Assembly: GCA_903911145.1 (NCBI GenBank)
Contig: CAIWCD010000013.1
Coordinates: forward strand, 1 to 64,000
Length of the DNA stretch: 64,000 bases
Source: an uncultured delta proteobacterium
GTDB taxonomy: Bacteria; Myxococcota; Myxococcia; Myxococcales; 40CM-4-68-19
Direction: 5' to 3'
This document shows, piece by piece, positions 58,019 to 64,000 of this stretch. The first letter of the stretch is position 1; each line of letters begins with the position of its first letter. A program made the position numbers and the translations under genes. The notes under the pieces are model-generated. The model did no database searches, had not been told where the DNA came from, and saw only the letters and a list, made by a program, of their open reading frames with translations.

Positions 58019-58453
58019 ATGAAGACACCACCCCGAGTTAAACGCCACGAGGCCCCGGAATCCTCTCCCGGGGCACCTGCAAGCAGGTGCGCGGCGACGA
58101 CGCTCGATGGCACCCATTGCGCGGCTCACCCGATGCGTGGAACTGACCTTTGCGCGCTACACGATCCGGCGACGGGGCAAGCAGCGAGGATAGCGGGCGG
58201 ACGCGCACGGACGGCAGGGCTGCGGTTCCTGTCGGAAGAGCAGGCCCGCGAGATCAAGATTTCAGATCCGAAGGCAATCCCCGACACGCTCCAACAGCTC
58301 GCGCGGTGGGCCGCGACGGGTCAGCTCGATGTGCGGATCATGAACGCCGTCACGATCGCCGCTGGCGCAGCGACGCGGGTGGCCGACACGATCGATCTAG
58401 CGAACAGGATCGAGACGCTCGAGGCTGCGCTGCAACACGGAGGATCGCGATGA
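58019..58453 (+). CDS. Phage-type hypothetical protein with CCCH zinc-finger-like motif
   Basis: RCAATTLDGTHC...LCALHDP...AGGRAR, C-terminal LANRIETLE. Confidence 0.68.
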   Translation: MKTPPRVKRHEAPESSPGAPASRCAATTLDGTHCAAHPMRGTDLCALHDPATGQAARIAGGRARTAGLRFLSEEQAREIKISDPKAIPDTLQQLARWAATGQLDVRIMNAVTIAAGAATRVADTIDLANRIETLEAALQHGGSR

Positions 58454-59166
58454 AGCGCGATCGTCGACTCGATGCCATCTACGACTGCCTTGGACCGCGC
58501 GAACTGGCTCGCGCTGCCACGGACGCGGACCGCCAGCTGCTCGAATCGATCGTCGCTGGCGGCAACGACAACGACCCAAGCGCCAGGCCCATCAGCAGGC
58601 GTGCGTCTTCATTCACTCGCGAGCAGCATGACCAGTACCTCGCGTTGTTGCGGCAGGTGACCCGCGCGCGGGTCCAGGCTGCGACGATTACTCCCGCTCT
58701 GCCTGTGCTCGCTGCCTGGTCAAACACGGCCACGCTCGGTGCGCGCGGGTGGCGGCTACTGCAGCGGATCGCGGACGGGATGCTCCCCATCCTCGACAGT
58801 GCTCGCGCCGCAGTCACTGAGGTGGAGCAGAGCAGCCTTGAGGAGCCCTCCGTCGGAGCGCAGCTCACGGAGATAGGTTTCGACCCGACGACGATGGTGG
58901 CGGGTATCGACGACTTCATGGAGACGATGAAGTTGATTCAATCCGAGGCGGCTCGCGCGTTGGAGAGCCTCACGGAGACCGATCGGGAAGCAACCGAGCA
59001 GGCGATCACCTTGGCATCTCGTGTTGGAGCGACCGTGGATGCAGCGCAGACGGCGCTGGGGGGCTCGATCGAAGTTCTGCCTGAGCCTCTGCGCTCGCTA
59101 CTCGCGGCGGGCCGCAAGGTATCCGGCGGAGAAGCGAGCCTCGAGTCGACCTTCGGTGAACAGTGA
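58450..59166 (+). CDS. Hypothetical helical protein
   Basis: GGAGG RBS and ATGA overlap with upstream gene. Confidence 0.68.
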   Translation: MKRDRRLDAIYDCLGPRELARAATDADRQLLESIVAGGNDNDPSARPISRRASSFTREQHDQYLALLRQVTRARVQAATITPALPVLAAWSNTATLGARGWRLLQRIADGMLPILDSARAAVTEVEQSSLEEPSVGAQLTEIGFDPTTMVAGIDDFMETMKLIQSEAARALESLTETDREATEQAITLASRVGATVDAAQTALGGSIEVLPEPLRSLLAAGRKVSGGEASLESTFGEQ

Positions 59167-59215
59167 GGGCCGCCGTTTGTTCCACGATGTTGAAGGAAGG
59201 CCAACGAACTGGCCG

Positions 59216-60603
59216 TCAATGGACACACCGCACGTACAGAGCGACTTGAGGAGCCTCGGATCTTGCATCGCCGTCATGGAAGCTCACGCCCCAATAGGCG
59301 TCCGAACTCCAGAACTCCTGCCGTTGGAAGACGTCCGCGGCGCTCGATTCGCCAGACGGCTCGACAAAGACCGCGGATGGCGCATTTTGCGCGGCATCCT
59401 TTAGTTCGTCTCTCGTGGGAAGACGCCACGAAGAAAACCACCCGCCGAAGCCGCCGAGTTTCAGCTTCTTGCAATACGTGCCTGCGTCCGCCCAGTTGTA
59501 TTTTCGATCGGTGCGAACTTGGCAAGAGGAGCAATCGATTTGCCCGCCTTCAAGTGCCTTCCTCGGTGCTGCTTCCCGCTGCCAAATCAAGCCGGTCCGA
59601 TTGTCTTTGACCGTCGCGCCGATTCCGCGAGCCGTGTCTGGTTCGGGCACGTACCGGCCCTCCGCACGGAGGGTTCCCCCGCTCGACGGCAGCGCACGAG
59701 CCTCGCCGGAGTCGTTCGCTTGTTCGCTTGCTCCACTCGGTTGCGTTCGCTCAGCCTGGCCGGAGATAACCTCCGGCACATACCGGGTCGTCCCTACAGG
59801 CGTGTCGGGCCTGACTGGGCGCTGCTCTTGCTCGACGCTATCCGTCGAGAGCACGACGTGCTTTTGCGCGACCTCGCCCTCCTCGCGCTTCACATCGACC
59901 GCCTGCGACGCATTACCCTTACCCTTCTTCTTTGACTTTGATTTTTCGGGCAAGAACCTCACCGAATACTCAGTATGCCAGTCGTTTGTCCAGTGAGGTT
60001 CGGTGAGGATCCATTCTTCTGGAATCCTATTATTGGTCCCGCCGCGTCTTTCCAGTCTGCACTCGGCATAGTGTTCCGAGTATCGATCGGTGTCGCAGCT
60101 AATATACGTTCCGCGAGGCTGCCTTATGGACTTAGCCTTACATTCCAAGAACTCTCCGCCCGGTTGCGAATCAAGATCAGGAGGGGTAGTTCCGCGCTCC
60201 TGAATGCAAGACGCCGTTTCGGGAGGAGGCGTTCGTTCGCCCCAGTCCTCGCAAGCTGCTGACGGTGGAAATGCGGTGACAAGAAAATCGGTGAACTCCT
60301 CTTTCCAGCAGCCTCGCGCCATCATCAGCCCACGGAGCGCACCGCGACGCTGTAGCGCGTCGTGACGTCGACTACGATCATCGGCCCCAAACGCCACAGC
60401 CACGCGGGCGGCTTGGAACTCCATGCAGTACTTGTCGTGGATCTCACATATCGCTCCAGACTCGCGACAGATGTATGCGTTTTTAACTGAATCAAATCCG
60501 CATTCGACTTCAATCTCCGTTGCGATTGCCGCCGAGCCCAAGCACAGCCAAAGACACCCAAGAATCATTAATACAAAGGAGAGGTGACGCTGATTAGCCA
60601 TTG
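59216..60603 (-). CDS. Exported Cys-rich protein with C-terminal DUF1566 domain
   Basis: Signal peptide MANQRHLSFVLMILGCLWLCLG; VKDNRTGLIWQ, WRLPTRDEL, FWSS, VRCVH; ORF open to 60634. Confidence 0.82.
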
Positions 60604-60623
60604 CGTCCCTATGCACCGCAGGG

Positions 60624-62375
60624 TCAAAGTCCATTTAGGTTCTCGCACGCCATCCGCTCGCCTAGTTTGCAGGCCTTCACGTAAAGGTCGCGCGCGCGTA
60701 TCAAATCCTTCGGCGCACCTTGCCCGAGCACATAGAGCCGCCCGAGATTGTTGCACGCAATGGCATACTTCTCGTCGCAGCCCCGGACGTAGAATCCAAC
60801 CGCGCGTGCAGCGTCTTTTGCCACACCATTACCATTCTCGTAGGCAACGCCAGCTTCGAAACACCCCTTGGGAGCACCCTCGTTGCAGCCTTTCGCAGAA
60901 AACGCGGCCGCTTGCGCGAGATTCTTCTCGCCGCCCTGCCCGACCGCATACATCGCGGCCAAGTCCGTGCATGCTGAGCCTTCGCGCAACTCGCACGCTT
61001 TCTCGACCAAGGCCCTCGCACGAGCCCCATTTATCTCGAGCCCCCCTTGGCCAAACAGATACCCGACAGCGAGATTCCGACAGCCGCCCGCCCGCCCGCC
61101 ATCGCAGCTCTTCGCAAACAGCGGCATTGCGCGGGCTTGGTCGCGCTTAATCCCCGTCCCGTTATAGTAAAGTCGCCCGAGTTCGTTGCATCCGCGAGCA
61201 TCCCCGGCAGTGCAGGCTCGATCAAAGATTTCGAGCGCACGCGCAAGCTTGGCGGCTCCGCCTTCTTCCTTGTACTTCACTCCGGACTCGACACACGCGG
61301 CTTGATCCCCAGATCCGCAAAGGTCTTCCGCTGCCGCCAGCGGGGCACCTCCGTCGATAACCGCAGGTGCGCTTACCGGCGACGGCGACGGTGCCGAAAG
61401 ACCACAAGCAGAACGGACGAGGGCGAATGCTTCGCTCGCGCCCTCCAGTTTGAACCGAACCGTCTCAGAGCCCGAATAGAGAGGCAGTTCGATCACCAAC
61501 GTTGAGCTGGCGTTCTGTGCAAGGTGGTCCATCCACGACTCGGCTTGGCGATGAGGAATGACCGCCGTTTTGGCGTCAGGTGTTACGTCGAGGAGCACAG
61601 ATTCTGCCTTGTCTTGTCCGAACCGGTAGCGCGCCTGCAACGTGTCGCGGTAGGTGCGCCGCAGTATCCAATCGCCAAAAAGAAGCATGCCGAGTTGCTT
61701 CTCCCGGCAGCGCGCCATCAGCGTCGGCCGCGCCGCTCCAAACGTTGCAGTTGACTCGTTCTCAGCGGGAAGCATCACCGCGACGACTTCGACGTCGGTC
61801 ATCGCGTCCTTCAGAATGAGCTTCGACCACTTCCCGGCGACGATTTTCGCAGCTTCCTCCTCGACCGACGCACGCATTTTCGTCAGCGCCGCGTCCTCCG
61901 GTGTCCCCGCGGTCGCATCTGCGGCATCCAAGACAGCTTGCGCAGCGCGATAGTCGTTGTTCGTCACCAACTCGGCGGCTTTGCTCAGAGCCGCCGTCGT
62001 CGCCCATCCGGTTAAAACGCGCCAACCGTCCGCTTCCTTGAGCAACATCAGCGTTTCCTCCTCGGAGGATTGTTGCCCCGCGATGGTCGTGCCCGTCAGC
62101 GCGAGCGTAACCCGTGCGTGCTCTCCGTCCTGTTGAACGCTCTCGACCGACACCGCAGTGTTTTTGAGAAGCGCGGACAAGATGCCCGACAGGGAACTCT
62201 CCGCCCTGAAGGCGTCGAAGGAACGCGCCGATCGGTCCTTCGTGCTCGCCAGCGCGTAGGCGGCAGCCGCGTCGCCGTGCAGGCGCGCGTTCTCGTAAGC
62301 CAATGCCGTCTTCTTGGGACCACCGCAAGCGATAGCAAACATCGCCATCACGGCGAGCCACCTGATTGGTCGCAT
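60624..62375 (-). CDS. Lipoprotein with NTF2-like N-domain, VasI-like middle domain and Sel1-like repeats
   Basis: Verified on minus strand (track label + is wrong); lipobox AIAC; GCNELGRLYYNGTGIKRD-type Cys-containing SLRs. Confidence 0.87.
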   Translation of the reverse strand: MRPIRWLAVMAMFAIACGGPKKTALAYENARLHGDAAAAYALASTKDRSARSFDAFRAESSLSGILSALLKNTAVSVESVQQDGEHARVTLALTGTTIAGQQSSEEETLMLLKEADGWRVLTGWATTAALSKAAELVTNNDYRAAQAVLDAADATAGTPEDAALTKMRASVEEEAAKIVAGKWSKLILKDAMTDVEVVAVMLPAENESTATFGAARPTLMARCREKQLGMLLFGDWILRRTYRDTLQARYRFGQDKAESVLLDVTPDAKTAVIPHRQAESWMDHLAQNASSTLVIELPLYSGSETVRFKLEGASEAFALVRSACGLSAPSPSPVSAPAVIDGGAPLAAAEDLCGSGDQAACVESGVKYKEEGGAAKLARALEIFDRACTAGDARGCNELGRLYYNGTGIKRDQARAMPLFAKSCDGGRAGGCRNLAVGYLFGQGGLEINGARARALVEKACELREGSACTDLAAMYAVGQGGEKNLAQAAAFSAKGCNEGAPKGCFEAGVAYENGNGVAKDAARAVGFYVRGCDEKYAIACNNLGRLYVLGQGAPKDLIRARDLYVKACKLGERMACENLNGL

Positions 62376-62451
62376 GTTGGTTCCCCCGAAGCACAGGGTG
62401 CTCCGCAAACAGAGCAGCCACGGTAGCGCGAGGTCCTAGCCTCGAGCAACC

Positions 62452-62676
62452 GTGTCCGTCGCAAGCGATCCCCTCCATCGACAGTTCGCCGCCAATGTTC
62501 AGCGGTTGATGCTCGAACGAGGGTTGTCGGTGAACAAGCTCGCCGACTTCAGCGGGATTGGTCGTGGACGCCTCTCTGACATCCTCGCAGGGAAAGGCTC
62601 TCCGACGTTGCGCACGGTCGGGAGAGTCGCGGATGCCCTCGGCGTGACGGCGGCCGAGTTGGTTGTTTCGAAATAG
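62452..62676 (+). CDS. XRE (Cro/C1) HTH regulator
   Basis: NVQRLMLERGLSVNKLADFSGIGRGRLSDILAGKGSPTLRTVGRVADALGV. Confidence 0.88.
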   Translation: MSVASDPLHRQFAANVQRLMLERGLSVNKLADFSGIGRGRLSDILAGKGSPTLRTVGRVADALGVTAAELVVSK

Positions 62677-62774
62677 CCGCCTTCGTCTGGCCGTTCGAGG
62701 ACAGTGAAGGCAGAACTCGCGTTCCCGCGGGGTCCCATGGGAACGCAAATCGCCGTCTCCGACAGCGTCGCCGC

Positions 62775-62818
62775 TTGACCGCGAGGGCGACAATGTTTAC
62801 AGTGGCAACACTGAACAA
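62775..62818 (+). promoter_or_regulatory. Sigma70-type promoter of the recombinase with overlapping inverted repeat
   Basis: TTGACC-17 bp-TACAGT; TGTTTACAGTG-GCAA-CACTGAACA imperfect palindrome. Confidence 0.62.
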
Positions 62819-62829
62819 CGGGAGCGCCG

Positions 62830-63504
62830 ATGACCCGCACGATCGCCTACCTGAGAGTGAGCACCGACAAGCAGGCCGACCGCGGCGTCAGCCTGGAAGC
62901 CCAGCGCGCGAAGGTGGCAGCGTATGCCGAGCTGTACGATCTCGAGCTGTGCGAGGTGATTATTGACGCTGGCGAGAGCGCCAAGTCGCTCGACCGGCCC
63001 GGGCTGCAGCGGGCGCTCGCGATGCTCAAGAAGGGCGAGGCGGAGGCGCTCCTCGTGGTGAAGCTGGACCGCCTCACGCGCAGCGTGCGCGACCTGGGCG
63101 ACCTCGTGGAGCGTTGCTTCTCCCCCGGCAAGGCTGCGCTTCTCTCGGTGGGCGAGCAGATCGACACGCGCAGCGCCGGGGGGCGGCTCGTGCTGAACGT
63201 GCTCGCGAGCGTTTCGCAGTGGGAGCGCGAGGCGATCGGGGAGCGGACGGCGACCGCGATGCAGCATAAGGCTGCTTGCAGTGAGTACACCGGCGGCGCT
63301 GCTCCCTATGGCTATCGCCTCGCCCCCGATGGGGAGCACGTCGAGGAGGTGGCCGAGGAGCAAGCCGTGCTCGCCGCCGCTCGAGAGCTGCGCGCCTCCG
63401 GGCTCTCTCTCCGCGCCGTTGCCGTCGAGCTTGCACGCCTCGGGCATAACGGCCGCACCGGGCGCGCGTTCGGTCCCAAGCAAGTACGCGCGATGGCGGG
63501 CTAG
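62830..63504 (+). CDS. Serine recombinase (resolvase domain plus short recombinase domain)
   Basis: AYLRVSTDKQ, SAKSLDRPGL, KLDRLTRS, EREAIGERT, APYGY. Confidence 0.95.
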   Translation: MTRTIAYLRVSTDKQADRGVSLEAQRAKVAAYAELYDLELCEVIIDAGESAKSLDRPGLQRALAMLKKGEAEALLVVKLDRLTRSVRDLGDLVERCFSPGKAALLSVGEQIDTRSAGGRLVLNVLASVSQWEREAIGERTATAMQHKAACSEYTGGAAPYGYRLAPDGEHVEEVAEEQAVLAAARELRASGLSLRAVAVELARLGHNGRTGRAFGPKQVRAMAG

Positions 63505-63852
63505 GTGGCCACTCGCAGGAAGAGCGGAGCCGGGCTGCCCGTCGATCTGCCCCGCGTCCGGCGCGCGCTGGCCGAGTTAAATCGAATCGCACGCGAACAC
63601 CCGGAAGCATTCAACCGAGATAGAGCGGGCTGGGAAGGTGTGCTCGCCGAGGATGAAGAAATGGCGGATAGCAAAGTCGTAGCGTTCCGGTTCCCTCCAG
63701 CGTTGCAGGACCGAATAGACGGGTACGCAGAGCGGCTCTCCACGCGGGCTGGCGTCGAGGTGACGCGGGCACAGGTCGTCAAGAAGCTCCTCGCGCTGGG
63801 CCTCGACGCCGCAGAGGCGGAGGAGACGGCGACGAGGAAACAAAAGAGGTAG
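63505..63852 (+). CDS. Ribbon-helix-helix (CopG-like) DNA-binding protein
   Basis: VVAFRFPPALQDRIDGYAE...TRAQVVKKLL; alternative start ATG 63661. Confidence 0.65.
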   Translation: MATRRKSGAGLPVDLPRVRRALAELNRIAREHPEAFNRDRAGWEGVLAEDEEMADSKVVAFRFPPALQDRIDGYAERLSTRAGVEVTRAQVVKKLLALGLDAAEAEETATRKQKR

Positions 63853-63927
63853 GCTCAAGAGAAGAGCGCGGCACCTGCTCGTAACAGGCCCGCGCTCGTG
63901 ATCGATACAGGCTGGAGGCCGAGACGG

Positions 63928-64000
63928 ATGGCGAGCAGGATACCGCGCAAGCCGACAGCTACGCGAGCCCCCGCCCGGGTACGCGCCAATCGCGGCAACC
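63928..64000 (+). CDS. Possible gene start running off the right edge
   Basis: GGAGG 9 nt before ATG, open frame MASRIPRKPT... to window end. Confidence 0.3.
   Translation, partial: MASRIPRKPTATRAPARVRANRGN

Larger units (their letters stand above)
57488..64000. mobile_element. tRNA-Arg-targeting integrative element / prophage-satellite-like island, right end outside window
   Basis: att core, Xis-like HTH, phage-type small proteins, XRE, serine recombinase, RHH, lower-GC cargo. Confidence 0.72.

Noticed and set aside
60624..62408. ORF track lists this 594-aa ORF on the + strand
   Set aside because: The translation matches the reverse complement (ATG at 62375, TGA at 60624-60626); annotated on minus

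Overview
GC-rich bacterial DNA, most consistent with a Myxococcota (deltaproteobacterial) genome; this is inferred from DAGx-linker Cys-rich lipoproteins, PEGA proteins and sigma54 regulation, not from a database search. Left to right: a sigma54-linked chemosensory cluster (bEBP, soluble MCP-like, STAS, cheY, cheA, poly-HAMP MCP running off the left edge); a SUKH/SMI1-LRR gene with an immunity-like neighbour; a 9-heme cytochrome gene that looks 5'-truncated; large repeat-rich surface lipoproteins; GST; a GT2-GtrA plus TMTC-like glycosyltransferase pair; an actinobacterial-type AgpS-like/TetR/glpD cassette; an OYE reductase; an AAA ATPase; an envelope cluster (beta-barrel, LPP20-like, FlgT-like, PEGA, FecR); the alpha ribosomal operon rpmJ-rpsM-rpsK-rpsD-rpoA-rplQ with its own promoter; and an accessory block (PEGA, DUF1566, metalloprotease with Trp-rich repeats, second collagen/propeller lipoprotein). 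From about 57.5 kb there is an integrative element bounded by the 3' half of a tRNA-Arg(CCG), with excisionase-like HTH genes on both sides of the att core, plus Sel1 and DUF1566 cargo, an XRE regulator, a serine recombinase and an RHH gene. Top leads: the att core read in frame into an HTH ORF (Mx8-like split integrase), collagen lipoproteins whose propeller interrupts a phage-like domain, the Trp/Cys repeat protease, and the FlgT/LPP20 cluster without flagellar genes. All family calls come from motif recognition by eye. The ORF-track entry 60624..62408 is labelled + but its translation lies on the minus strand.
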